From the NCBI GenBank assembly GCA_041660005.1, contig JBAZXG010000002.1, forward strand, positions 24,356 through 88,355: a stretch of 64,000 bases of DNA, given 5' to 3'. The notes under the pieces were generated by a model. That model saw nothing but the letters and a program-made list of their open reading frames with translations, was not told where the DNA came from and ran no database searches. The translations under genes and the position numbers were made by a program. Shown in pieces: positions 31,421 through 40,799 of this stretch. Position 1 is the first letter of the stretch, and each line of letters opens with the position of its first letter. The stretch is from Patescibacteria group bacterium. GTDB lineage: Bacteria > Patescibacteriota > Patescibacteriia > GWA2-46-9.

Positions 31421-31460
31421 AAAAATAAATTAGCTGGCATATAGCCAGCAATTTATTTTT
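31421..31460. terminator. bidirectional terminator hairpin GCTGGCatatAGCCAGC flanked by A/T runs
   Basis: aaaaataaattagctggcatatagccagcaatttattttt. Confidence 0.6.
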
Positions 31461-31533
31461 GGTGGACCTGGGGGGAATCGAACCCCCGACTAATCCATGC
31501 CATGGATTCGTGTTACCGCTATACCACAGGCCC
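31460..31533 (-). tRNA. tRNA-Ala (anticodon GGC), G3:U70 present
   Basis: manual fold: GGGCCTG acceptor with G3:T70, anticodon loop AT-GGC-AT, TTCGATT T-loop, CCA encoded. Confidence 0.75.
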
Positions 31534-31817
31534 TTGCACGTATTTCTCATTGATCACCTCGCAAATGAGAGTCAGCTCATTATACACATCCGCTGAATAA
31601 TAATCTATACACAAAACTTTATAAATTGTTTGGTCTGCATTGTAAAGTTATTATAACAGAAGTTTGACAAAAGATTAAATTTGTTATGTATACTATATAA
31701 TATAACACTATCACTATAAAAAAGCAATAGTAATCATCCAAGTTATTACTAATAAACATACGTATTATTCATTTTTTACCAATGAATTCAGTGTTTTTTC
31801 AGTTTTTGACTAAAAAT

Positions 31818-31831
31818 GTTCCACGTGGAAC
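31818..31831. promoter_or_regulatory. perfect 14 bp palindrome GTTCCACGTGGAAC (operator-like) in AT-rich leader
   Basis: exact palindrome; identical copy 128 bp downstream. Confidence 0.5.
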
Positions 31832-31945
31832 AGATTTTTGGCTAAATTAACTGGGAGTGCGCCTCAAGATACTCTTCGTGTCCAAAGTCCCGTGCGGACA
31901 AATATAAGAAACTTCATGAAAGCAAGGACAAATTTTAGTTTTTTT

Positions 31946-31959
31946 GTTCCACGTGGAAC
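31946..31959. promoter_or_regulatory. second copy of palindrome GTTCCACGTGGAAC upstream of ABC exporter gene
   Basis: exact repeat of 31818..31831; third identical 14-mer lies inside livG at 37727..37740. Confidence 0.5.
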
Positions 31960-32103
31960 ATCTATAGAAATAATAAATCGATAGTTTTAACCATTTTTAC
32001 TAGTAAATATTGATTTTTTTTATAAATTATTCTATAATCGAATTTCCAGGCAGCGTCGAATCAACCAAGTTGAGCTTTAACGTCAGTGTGAACATACGAT
32101 TAT

Positions 32104-33867
32104 ATGAAAAAGGAAATTCGGGGAACAAACAGAGAAATAGGAAGGATTTTCTGGCAACACAGTGCACGCTATAAAAAAGTCGTTGCGCTTGGTCTTACCA
32201 GTATTCTCATCTATAACCTGGCTAGCTTAACCGCACCTTGGTTTTATAGAGCTTTTTTCAATACATTAGCTGCACATCCGGCTGACGCGGTCTCTCAATT
32301 GTCAATAATACTGCTTAAAATACTGGGACTTTACATCATTTCCGTCGTTTTTCGGAGAGTTTCTGCGTTTTCAAACATCTATTGGCAGGCGAAAATTATG
32401 GGCGACCTTTCGCAAACAAGTGAGGCATACATGCTGCAGCATTCGCACCAGTTTTTCATGAATAACTTCGCAGGCTCCTTGGTGCGTAAAGTAAACAAAT
32501 TTTCCCGTGCCTTTGAAGATATAAGTGATAAAATTGTCTTCAACTTTTTACCACTCGTTATTTCTATTTGTGTCATTTTGCCCGTCCTGTTCTCAAGAAG
32601 TATAATTTTGGGCACAGTTTTAACCCTATGGATCACGGTATTTGTTCTTTTGAGCTACCTTTTTGCTCGATGGAAGCAAAAATATGACATAGAACGAAGC
32701 GAAAAGGACTCTGAGGCAACCGGGGTACTCGCTGATATCATCGGCAACAGTTCAACGGTTGAGCTATTCGCTGGGCACAAAAACGAAGAAAACCGCTACA
32801 AAAAAGTTACTGATGAACTCACTGCTATTAGACGTTATTCGTGGGCGCTTAACGAAAAAATGGATGCCGTACATGCAATATTGGCAACATTTACCGAAAT
32901 CGGAGTTATGTATGTGGCTATTAGACTTTGGCAACGAGGGCTTTTAACCCTTGGAGATTTTGCGCTTATACAGTCTTATCTCATTGTACTTATTAACCGC
33001 ATTTGGGATCTCGGAAGCATTATTCGACGATTCTATGAGGGCATGGCAGACGCTGCAGAAATGGTCGGTATTCTTAAGACACCCCATGGCATTCAAGATA
33101 GAAGAAACGCGAAGCCAATAAAGATATTAAAAGGGAAGCTAGAGTTCCAGGATGTAGGTTTTAGCTATCGACAAACGCGAACAATACTGCACAACTTCAA
33201 TCTCACCATTAAACCAGGAGAGCATGTTGCTTTTGTTGGACCGTCTGGGGCTGGAAAAACCACAATCACGAAGCTTATTCTCCGACTTTATGACATAGAT
33301 CAAGGGCGTATTCTCGTTGATGAACAAAACATTGCGGAAGTTACACAAGAAAGTCTGCGGCAACAAATTGCCATGGTGCCTCAGGAACCAATGTTGTTTC
33401 ACCGAACGCTCGCTGAAAATATTCGCTATGGTCGGCCGGGGGCAAGCGATGAAGAGGTAATCGAAGCATCAAAAAAAGCGCATTGCCATGATTTTATTTT
33501 AGAGCTACCGCGTGAGTACGGAACGTATGTTGGAGAGCGAGGCGTTAAGTTGTCTGGCGGCGAACGCCAGCGCGTGGCGATAGCCCGCGCCATCCTGAAA
33601 GACGCGCCGATACTTTTGCTCGACGAGGCAACTTCTTCTCTGGACTCCGAGTCTGAGGCACTCATTCAAGATGCGTTAAAAACACTCATGCAGCACCGAA
33701 CGACAGTCGTGGTCGCTCACCGTCTTTCAACTATCATGCAGATGGATAGAATTGTCGTGGTTGATCAAGGGCAGGTGGTTGACTCAGGGACGCACACTGA
33801 ACTTTTGCAAAGAGAGGGTATATATAAAAAGTTGTGGGATATTCAGGCAGGCGGTTTTATTCCGTAA
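32104..33867 (+). CDS. ABC exporter, fused permease/ATP-binding (ABCB/MsbA-like)
   Basis: 587 aa; 6 TM N-terminal domain; Walker A GPSGAGKTT, signature LSGGERQR, Walker B LLLDEATS. Confidence 0.85.
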   Translation: MKKEIRGTNREIGRIFWQHSARYKKVVALGLTSILIYNLASLTAPWFYRAFFNTLAAHPADAVSQLSIILLKILGLYIISVVFRRVSAFSNIYWQAKIMGDLSQTSEAYMLQHSHQFFMNNFAGSLVRKVNKFSRAFEDISDKIVFNFLPLVISICVILPVLFSRSIILGTVLTLWITVFVLLSYLFARWKQKYDIERSEKDSEATGVLADIIGNSSTVELFAGHKNEENRYKKVTDELTAIRRYSWALNEKMDAVHAILATFTEIGVMYVAIRLWQRGLLTLGDFALIQSYLIVLINRIWDLGSIIRRFYEGMADAAEMVGILKTPHGIQDRRNAKPIKILKGKLEFQDVGFSYRQTRTILHNFNLTIKPGEHVAFVGPSGAGKTTITKLILRLYDIDQGRILVDEQNIAEVTQESLRQQIAMVPQEPMLFHRTLAENIRYGRPGASDEEVIEASKKAHCHDFILELPREYGTYVGERGVKLSGGERQRVAIARAILKDAPILLLDEATSSLDSESEALIQDALKTLMQHRTTVVVAHRLSTIMQMDRIVVVDQGQVVDSGTHTELLQREGIYKKLWDIQAGGFIP

Positions 33868-34050
33868 ATTATTTGATCCGCCACGTACACAGGCGGCTTT
33901 ATACCTTAATAATTTTTTGTACTGCCAGGTGAACAGGCTGGTGGATTTATTTTTCGACAACTCCTTGCGTCGCCGAGCAAACCATTGCTTTACCCACAAA
34001 AGCTATTTCCACGAGCTTGTTTACATGCTCATAATTGATTCAATCGTTGT

Positions 34051-34076
34051 GCTTCCATGTACTAGTACATGGAAGC
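34051..34076. promoter_or_regulatory. perfect 26 bp palindrome GCTTCCATGTACTAGTACATGGAAGC about 45 bp upstream of a TTGACA box; core GTACTAGTAC recurs at 34661..34671 before the paralogous gene
   Basis: seen directly; same relative position upstream of both mini-genes. Confidence 0.5.
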
Positions 34077-34193
34077 ATATACGAAACATCTATTTATACA
34101 AGCATAATATACATATAATTGACAACATTAAACTGCGTTGGTTAACTACCAATGTCTACAACGTAGAAATGCTCACAATGCTGGAGGTGCAAC

Positions 34194-34535
34194 GTGATAC
34201 TTTTTCTTAGGCCCCAGGAATGTTCCGTTCAGAATCCTTGTGCTGAACCGCTGACGGCCGATCCTCGGTTTCCGGTTCTGGTTCAGTACGAGATGCTACA
34301 CGGAGGGTGCCGTGGTTCAGTCGAAGCACTGGAAGATGGCCATACCGGCTACCGCCTGAAGTGCATGAAGTGCGGAGAGCAGGTAACGATTTCCCCGCAA
34401 ACGGTCCTTGACGACATCTTCCGCTCTGTCGTGATACGCCAGAATTACTGGAAAGGGGGCGACACGACAGTCTTCCCGTGGACATGGGAACTGGTGATGG
34501 CGACGATACAGATCGCCGACGAGCTGAAGCCCTAG
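34194..34535 (+). CDS. small zinc-ribbon-like protein, paralog 1 (GTG start after GGAGG)
   Basis: 113 aa; H-x3-C ... C-x2-C pattern (HGGC...CMKCG) shared with 34796..35107; GC-rich vs AT-rich flanks. Confidence 0.5.
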   Translation: MILFLRPQECSVQNPCAEPLTADPRFPVLVQYEMLHGGCRGSVEALEDGHTGYRLKCMKCGEQVTISPQTVLDDIFRSVVIRQNYWKGGDTTVFPWTWELVMATIQIADELKP

Positions 34536-34582
34536 CGTCGACCACACAAGCCGATCTAGCCACAAAGAGGGACCGAGGACAG

Positions 34583-34616
34583 AAGCCGGGCACGCACCAT
34601 GCGTCGCCCGGCTTCC
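34583..34616 (+). terminator. hairpin GAAGCCGGGC..GCCCGGCTTC followed by T-rich tract; near-identical copy at 35141..35174 after the paralog
   Basis: 10 bp stem, duplicated with one mismatch. Confidence 0.55.
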
Positions 34617-34795
34617 TCTTATTTATAAGAGTACTCATCACTTTAGTGCCCGTGTTTCCTTGTACTAGTACGTAGATATTAGAAAAGCTCAACTTTTAGG
34701 TAAAACAACTACTGTATCGTTGACAGAATAGAGTTTAACTGTTTAGCTATCGCTATTCGCACTAGCGAAAAGACTGACGAAGGAGGAACGTCACG

Positions 34796-35107
34796 ATGAT
34801 GATTGGTGTAATGATTGATGACTTCGCTGGCCCTCAGCATACGGAACAAGGAGCGAACTTGAAAGTGCACCATCTCGCTCAGCTCCTCTACCTACATGTC
34901 CCGTGTATGAAACCGGTGCGGCTTAGGAAGGAAGGGGGCAACTACCGATTCGTCTGCGAAGATTGTGGGGCAAACGAGGCCACTATACGGCAGGTCAACC
35001 TGCAAGAGGCCCTCAAAATCGTCCTGCGTTGCAAGCTGTACTACAGGGACGAAAAACATAAACTCCTAATGCTGGAGCTGCCATACGACGAAGGAGTGGG
35101 TTCCTAA
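34796..35107 (+). CDS. small zinc-ribbon-like protein, paralog 2
   Basis: 103 aa; strong RBS GAAGGAGG; HVPC...CEDCG motif; homologous core YxxLHxxC...GYRxxCxxCG..TI. Confidence 0.55.
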   Translation: MMIGVMIDDFAGPQHTEQGANLKVHHLAQLLYLHVPCMKPVRLRKEGGNYRFVCEDCGANEATIRQVNLQEALKIVLRCKLYYRDEKHKLLMLELPYDEGVGS

Positions 35108-35140
35108 AGAGAGACCCGACAGCGAAGGCGCAGAAGCACA

Positions 35141-35174
35141 GAAGCCGGGCACGCACCATGCGTCGCTCGGCTTC
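35141..35174 (+). terminator. duplicate of the 34583..34616 terminator hairpin
   Basis: gaagccgggcacgcaccatgcgtcgctcggcttc + T-rich tail. Confidence 0.55.
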
Positions 35175-35192
35175 CTCACTTTTCAAATTACA

Positions 35193-36374
35193 CTAGCGGG
35201 CTAACTGGTAGAGAACTTCGTAAACTGCGCTCGCAAAAAAAATGCCAATAATGAGAGCGTAGTGAACCTTACCAAAAGGCAGAAATGTTTGACCGCCTGG
35301 ATTCTTTTTTCGCATGGTGCGCATCATAAACATGATAAAAATAGCGTCAACCGCAATAAAAAGACCACCGACAAGGGCGATCAGGTTTATGAAATTCTCA
35401 GCACCGTACATAAACGGAATAATCGGCACGAGCATTGCCAAAGCCCAAGCAGAAAGCGGACTCATTTTAACATCAAATACATAGAGCTCTTTCAAATCGT
35501 AACCAATAGCCAAATACGAAGTAAACACCGCCAATAGTCCCATGGCAGCACCAAACTGCACAACACCTACGCCAAGCGTTGGCACAAGTCCGGAAATGGC
35601 ATCGACACTAACAGATGTGCCGGACGCCATCAGCACCCCAATACCAAATATGATGCTTACGAAAAAGGGGATAGCACTACCTACCACAATGGCTTCGCGC
35701 AAGTGAAATCTATTTTTGCGCGCACCATGAAAAATCTGGTACACGTCAGGAATAATAGTGTAGCCAGTGAGCGAAAAAACAATAACGGCAAAAACAAAGA
35801 ATGGATCCGTTGGCGTAATTGCTAAATGAACAAAACTGCCACGTGTGGCAGCAGCAATGGCTATGGCGAGCAATGCACCAACAAGGGGAATCGTCAAAAT
35901 TAAGTCGATCTCGCCAATCTGTGTTGCCTTGCCGATAAGCAGAGCACCGCAGACAATAAAAAAAACGAGCGTCCATAGAGCAATGGAACCGCCGAAAAGT
36001 TGGCTCAAAAAAATGCCCGCCAAGAGCGCGTAACCAACGAGGATGCCGTTCAATGTCAAAATCTGGTTGACTGATTCAAACCTTCCCGCAAAAGACCCAA
36101 GATAATGCCGAACGTAACCCGGTAGGCGGTGACGGCCTGGCGTGTTCACCACGACTTCACCATACGCAAGCTGAACAGAAATAACCGCAAAAAAAGCGAC
36201 CACACTAAAAAGGAGCGACCAACGCAAACCAGAAACTCCCATGGCAAAGGGGAGCGCAAAAAGTCCTGATCCTAAAATCATACCACTCATGAGACCAACC
36301 GCCGACCAAAAATTTTTTCCTGTCTCTTTCATATACTTAATCAAAAGCGCCGACAAAAACTTTACGAAGTACAT
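35193..36374 (-). CDS. amino acid permease-like polytopic membrane transporter
   Basis: 393 aa, about 11 TM helices, N-terminal pattern typical of amino acid/aromatic amino acid permeases; adjacent to liv operon. Confidence 0.55.
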   Translation of the reverse strand: MYFVKFLSALLIKYMKETGKNFWSAVGLMSGMILGSGLFALPFAMGVSGLRWSLLFSVVAFFAVISVQLAYGEVVVNTPGRHRLPGYVRHYLGSFAGRFESVNQILTLNGILVGYALLAGIFLSQLFGGSIALWTLVFFIVCGALLIGKATQIGEIDLILTIPLVGALLAIAIAAATRGSFVHLAITPTDPFFVFAVIVFSLTGYTIIPDVYQIFHGARKNRFHLREAIVVGSAIPFFVSIIFGIGVLMASGTSVSVDAISGLVPTLGVGVVQFGAAMGLLAVFTSYLAIGYDLKELYVFDVKMSPLSAWALAMLVPIIPFMYGAENFINLIALVGGLFIAVDAIFIMFMMRTMRKKNPGGQTFLPFGKVHYALIIGIFFASAVYEVLYQLAR

Positions 36375-37056
36375 TACTGTTTTTTAGATTAACGGTGTCG
36401 TCGTCAGCAATGACTGCTCCGTCAACCATGATAATACCACGATTTGCGATATCTAAAACACTACGGATATTATGTTCGACGATCAACACCGTTAAACCAA
36501 AGCGCTCTTTAATTTGAGCAATGGTGGCAAACGTATCTTTTACTAATTTCGGTGAAAGACCGAGAGATGGTTCATCGAGAAACAGAACGCGAGGAATATT
36601 AACAAGTGCTCGAGCAATTGCCAACATTTGCTGTTCACCGCCAGAGAGACTGAAGGCATAGCCATTGCTCTTTTTCTTGAGAACGGGAAAGGTTTCGTAC
36701 ATCGCTTCAATATTTTTCTGGATGCGCTCTTCGTCGTGCAGATGATATGCACCGAGTCGCAAGTTTTCAGCAACGGTCAAAAGCCCAAAATTAATTCGTC
36801 CCTGCGGCACAAATCCCAGCCCGTGCTCTGCACGACAATGCGTGGGTGTTGTTGTTATTTCATTACCCAAAAAGGTAACGCTGCCGTTAGTAATGGAAGT
36901 CAACCCATAGAGCGCTTTCAACAATGTTGATTTACCTGCGCCATTCGGACCCATTAAAACAGTGATGCTGCCTTCTTTCAACTCAAAAGAAACATCTTGC
37001 AAAACTGGAATGTCGCCGTAACCAGCACTTAGATTTGATACCGTAAGCATACTCAT
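36337..37056 (-). CDS. livF: branched-chain amino acid ABC transporter ATP-binding protein LivF
   Basis: Walker A GPNGAGKST, signature LSGGEQQM, 239 aa. Confidence 0.85.
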   Translation of the reverse strand: MSMLTVSNLSAGYGDIPVLQDVSFELKEGSITVLMGPNGAGKSTLLKALYGLTSITNGSVTFLGNEITTTPTHCRAEHGLGFVPQGRINFGLLTVAENLRLGAYHLHDEERIQKNIEAMYETFPVLKKKSNGYAFSLSGGEQQMLAIARALVNIPRVLFLDEPSLGLSPKLVKDTFATIAQIKERFGLTVLIVEHNIRSVLDIANRGIIMVDGAVIADDDTVNLKNSNVLRKVFVGAFD

Positions 37057-37802
37057 AGACCGAGATACGCTTCTAAAACGCGCTCATCACGCAACGCAGT
37101 GTCTGGATGACCAGCTACTAAAACACGACCGGCATCCATGACAACGACATGATCGGCTAAGCGTTTTACAAAACCCATGTCGTGCTCCACGATGAGCATC
37201 GTCTCAACGGAATCAGACCCGGAGGTGGGGGACGCTTTCATGGCAAGCAAGAGCGACTCAATTTCCTGCTGGACAACGGCGTTCACGCCAGCAACTGGTT
37301 CATCGAGCAGCAACAGGTGGTGCGGCTTCAATGTGGCCATGGCAAGTTGCAACAACTTGCGCTGACCATAACTCAAATCAGCGACTAGTGTAGTAAGCGG
37401 TTTTTTTAGTTGAAACCGTTCAAGATGCGCGGAAAAAAAATCGTGATCAATTGGTGGATGGCGCCAAACGTTTTTTAGGAGGTTCATATCATCGTTATCT
37501 TTGGCCATGAGCAGATGATCAATAATGGTCAGGTTACGGAAAAGTCGCACCTGTTGGAATGTTCTGCTGATACCGGCATTTGCAACAACGTGCGACGGCT
37601 TATTCGTCAAATTTTGCTCACCCAAAAAAACATGGCCAGTGTCGAGCTTGATGAGACCCGTAATGATATCAAACACCGTCGTTTTACCGGCACCATTGGG
37701 GCCAATAAGCGCCGTTACTGTTCCTGGTTCCACGTGGAACGTACAGCCCGTAACGGCCGCAACGCCGCCAAAATGTTTTGAAACATTCTCAACGCGCAGC
37801 AT
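37053..37802 (-). CDS. livG: branched-chain amino acid ABC transporter ATP-binding protein LivG
   Basis: Walker A GPNGAGKTT, signature LSYGQRK, 249 aa. Confidence 0.85.
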   Translation of the reverse strand: MLRVENVSKHFGGVAAVTGCTFHVEPGTVTALIGPNGAGKTTVFDIITGLIKLDTGHVFLGEQNLTNKPSHVVANAGISRTFQQVRLFRNLTIIDHLLMAKDNDDMNLLKNVWRHPPIDHDFFSAHLERFQLKKPLTTLVADLSYGQRKLLQLAMATLKPHHLLLLDEPVAGVNAVVQQEIESLLLAMKASPTSGSDSVETMLIVEHDMGFVKRLADHVVVMDAGRVLVAGHPDTALRDERVLEAYLGL

Positions 37803-37804
37803 AT

Positions 37805-38671
37805 TTATTCAAGCGTAACAGTACCAAAAAGACCGCGAGGTCTATACATCAGCACTAAGAGAAGAATGACGGCATAGAGTAGCTGGCGAGCTGGCCCCAA
37901 AACCGATGAAGGTAAAGAAACAAAACGCAGTAGCTCAGGAAGCAAAACAAGGAGAACGACCGCACTGACCGTACCGCGCAAAGAAGCTAAGCCACCGACA
38001 ACCACAACAGAAACAATAAAGATGACCTCCGATATGTCATAGCCCGACGGGTCGATATAGCTAATGTAGTGGGCGCCGATACTGCCTGCGATACCTGCCA
38101 AAAAAGCGGCGAGGGCAAGACTCTCCATTTTTAAACGCAAAACATTTTTTCCAAGCATTGCCACACCGCGCTCGTCATCACGAACTGCGCCGAGCAGTAT
38201 GCCGTAACGAGAAGTGGTGAGACGGTGGAGAAAAAAAAGAACGAGTGCTGCCATCACGATAGAGAATGCGAGAAAGTCAAAACGACTTGTGATGACAAAA
38301 CCAAAAACGGCTGGGCGAGGGATGCCAGGAATGCCGAGCGGTCCACGGGTAAGACTGAGCCAATTCAAAAAAATAGAGTGAAGAACGAGGCCAAATCCTA
38401 ATGTGGCAAGCGCAAGGTAATCTCCTTTCGTTTTTTTTGTTATGAGAATAAGCAAAGGGGCAAACAGCGCAGCCAAACAACCAGAGGCAAGGAACGCGAT
38501 CGGGAAAGGGACGCCAGCAAGCGTCAGCAGAGCTGAGGTATACGCACCAATACCAAAAAAAGCTATGTGTCCTAAATTAAGAAGACCGGTAAAACCAAAG
38601 GATAAATTCAGACCAGCAGCCAACACAATATCAACGGCAATAAGAACAAGAAGGTGGTTAAGGTACGGCAT
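37805..38671 (-). CDS. livM: branched-chain amino acid ABC transporter permease LivM
   Basis: 288 aa polytopic permease, operon context. Confidence 0.8.
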   Translation of the reverse strand: MPYLNHLLVLIAVDIVLAAGLNLSFGFTGLLNLGHIAFFGIGAYTSALLTLAGVPFPIAFLASGCLAALFAPLLILITKKTKGDYLALATLGFGLVLHSIFLNWLSLTRGPLGIPGIPRPAVFGFVITSRFDFLAFSIVMAALVLFFLHRLTTSRYGILLGAVRDDERGVAMLGKNVLRLKMESLALAAFLAGIAGSIGAHYISYIDPSGYDISEVIFIVSVVVVGGLASLRGTVSAVVLLVLLPELLRFVSLPSSVLGPARQLLYAVILLLVLMYRPRGLFGTVTLE

Positions 38672-38674
38672 AGT

Positions 38675-39595
38675 TTATTCGCGCACTCCTTTGGTAACGC
38701 CGAGAATCCCAATGGGACGAATAACAAGAAAAATAATAAGAAGACCAAAAACAATGGCATCTTTGTAACCACTCGGTAAGAACCAGGCGCCGAAGTTTTC
38801 CATTAACCCAACGAAATAGCTGCCAAGAATGGCTCCGGGAAGCGACGTTATGCCGCCAATCACAGCGCCACTAAACCCTTTGATGACAAGCTTTGTCGCC
38901 ATAAAAGGCGTAGCATTTTGTTCAAGCACAATAAAAACGGCGGCTATTCCCGCAAGAGCAGAGCCCAAAATGAAACTTAGCTCCTGCACTCGTTCGGTGT
39001 TGATGCCACTGATGCGTGCAAGTTCTGAATGGTCAGCCACTGCACGAATGGTAATGCCGATTTTTGAATAGCGCATCAATACCCAAAATAAAATTAAAAA
39101 AAGCACCGACAAAAGTACAATAGAAATTTGCAATGGTGTTACGGCCGCACCCAACAAGTTAACACCCTTCTCGGTCACAAAATAATTGATTGATTTCACG
39201 TTTGAGCCAAAAGAAAGAATGATACTATTTTCGAAAAAAAACAGAAGCGCCAAACCAGCAATTAACAGAATAGAACTTGAAGCCCCGCGACGTACTAATG
39301 GACGGTACACAACCCGATACGTTGCAAGACCAGCCAAGGTGGCAACGGCAACGGCAAAGATCGCTGCTAGAAAAAGGGGGAGATTAAACTTAGTGAACCC
39401 ACACCATAATGCATAAGCGCCGACCGTCACTATGCTGCCATGTGCAAAATGCATAAAACGGTTGGTGTTGTAGATCAACGAAAAACCCGCTGCCACTAAA
39501 GCGTAAATTGATCCGGCTATGAGCCCGTTAGCTATAATTTGTGCAACATCCATACAGCAAGAAGAGTAGCAACGAAAACCGCCCCGGCGCAACAC
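38675..39595 (-). CDS. livH: branched-chain amino acid ABC transporter permease LivH
   Basis: 306 aa polytopic permease, operon context. Confidence 0.8.
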   Translation of the reverse strand: MLRRGGFRCYSSCCMDVAQIIANGLIAGSIYALVAAGFSLIYNTNRFMHFAHGSIVTVGAYALWCGFTKFNLPLFLAAIFAVAVATLAGLATYRVVYRPLVRRGASSSILLIAGLALLFFFENSIILSFGSNVKSINYFVTEKGVNLLGAAVTPLQISIVLLSVLFLILFWVLMRYSKIGITIRAVADHSELARISGINTERVQELSFILGSALAGIAAVFIVLEQNATPFMATKLVIKGFSGAVIGGITSLPGAILGSYFVGLMENFGAWFLPSGYKDAIVFGLLIIFLVIRPIGILGVTKGVRE

Positions 39596-39628
39596 CGGAG
39601 CGGTCTTGGTTTCGAACTTTACCTTTGG

Positions 39629-40735
39629 TTACTTAGCAGGAACAAAAGCGCCGTTCTTCACAACAAGCACATCGTAGCCACCAGCGACGTCGCCATGTTC
39701 ATCAAAAGAAATGTGTCCCGACGCACCTTCGAAAGATAACTTGTGGAGAGCATCGGCAATCTCTTTTCCGGTTCTGGCGCCACCGAGAATAGCAAGGTTC
39801 ACTGCGCGCATAGCGTCATACCCTTGTGCTGCAAACGGACCTGGGTCAGCACCGTTGTTTTCAGCACGATGACGATCGATAAATCCGCTTGTTCCTGAGC
39901 TCACCGAAGAAACGATTAATCCTTCAGAAACATTACCGGCGGCGGTAACATCTGGACTCTTCAACCCCTCTGAGCCAAACAGCGATACCTTCACCCCAAG
40001 TTCCTTGATCTGTTTCAAAGCAGCAACCGCAGTTTCGGGGTTATTCACAATGAGATAAACAGCGTCTGGATTGGCATCGCGAACTTTTGTTACCTGCGTG
40101 CGGACATCCGTATCGTCTCGACCGAACGTCTCACTGGCAACAACTTCACCGCCAAGTTCTTTAAACTTCGCACTCAGCACGTCATTAAATCCAATACCAT
40201 ACTCTTCATTGCTATAGAGAACGGCTAACTTGCGGAATCCTTTGTTGTAAACAAGCTCAGCACCATACGAACCTTGTAGTGTGTCAGATGGTACCGTACG
40301 AAAAATGTATCTACCAGCTTCGGAAAGTTTTGGGCTTGTTGACGCTGGACTGATGAGTACGGTTTCGTCCTGATTAGCAATTGGCGCAGCAGCGAGCGTG
40401 GCACCGGAACAAACCTCACCAATAATTGCTGAAACGTGATCGACTGAAATCAGTTTTGTAACGGCATTCACGGCGTCTGCACCCTCACACTTGGTATCTT
40501 CATAAATGAGCTCAACCGTGCCAGCATTTACTTCCTTGGCAGCCATTTCGACTCCTCGCTTAATACTTTCACCATAGCTTGCCGCTGCCCCAGACAATGG
40601 ACCAATCCAACCAATTTTCACCGGACCGGTAGCGACGGGCTCTTCAACCCTTTGCTGCTGGTAGATAGTAAAAGCAGACCATGCTAAAACGACGACCACA
40701 ATGACACCAATAAGATACTTCGTTGTATTATTCAT
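39629..40735 (-). CDS. livJ: branched-chain amino acid ABC transporter substrate-binding protein (LivJ/K-like)
   Basis: 368 aa, N-terminal TM/signal anchor, Peripla_BP_6-like. Confidence 0.8.
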   Translation of the reverse strand: MNNTTKYLIGVIVVVVLAWSAFTIYQQQRVEEPVATGPVKIGWIGPLSGAAASYGESIKRGVEMAAKEVNAGTVELIYEDTKCEGADAVNAVTKLISVDHVSAIIGEVCSGATLAAAPIANQDETVLISPASTSPKLSEAGRYIFRTVPSDTLQGSYGAELVYNKGFRKLAVLYSNEEYGIGFNDVLSAKFKELGGEVVASETFGRDDTDVRTQVTKVRDANPDAVYLIVNNPETAVAALKQIKELGVKVSLFGSEGLKSPDVTAAGNVSEGLIVSSVSSGTSGFIDRHRAENNGADPGPFAAQGYDAMRAVNLAILGGARTGKEIADALHKLSFEGASGHISFDEHGDVAGGYDVLVVKNGAFVPAK

Positions 40736-40799
40736 ATAAACAATAAATGGTAAATGACCTATTTATGATAGCAAATGCGGCCCAAAGAACAAAATGGGA

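Noticed and set aside
34194-35107. Zinc-ribbon mini-genes as toxin-antitoxin pair
   Set aside because: The two genes are paralogs of each other rather than a toxin plus antitoxin. Each has its own promoter and terminator. Function left open.
37727-37740. Third GTTCCACGTGGAAC palindrome as an independent regulatory feature
   Set aside because: It lies inside the livG coding sequence, and in-frame codons explain it (TFHVEP). Reported only as part of the palindrome finding, not as a separate operator call.
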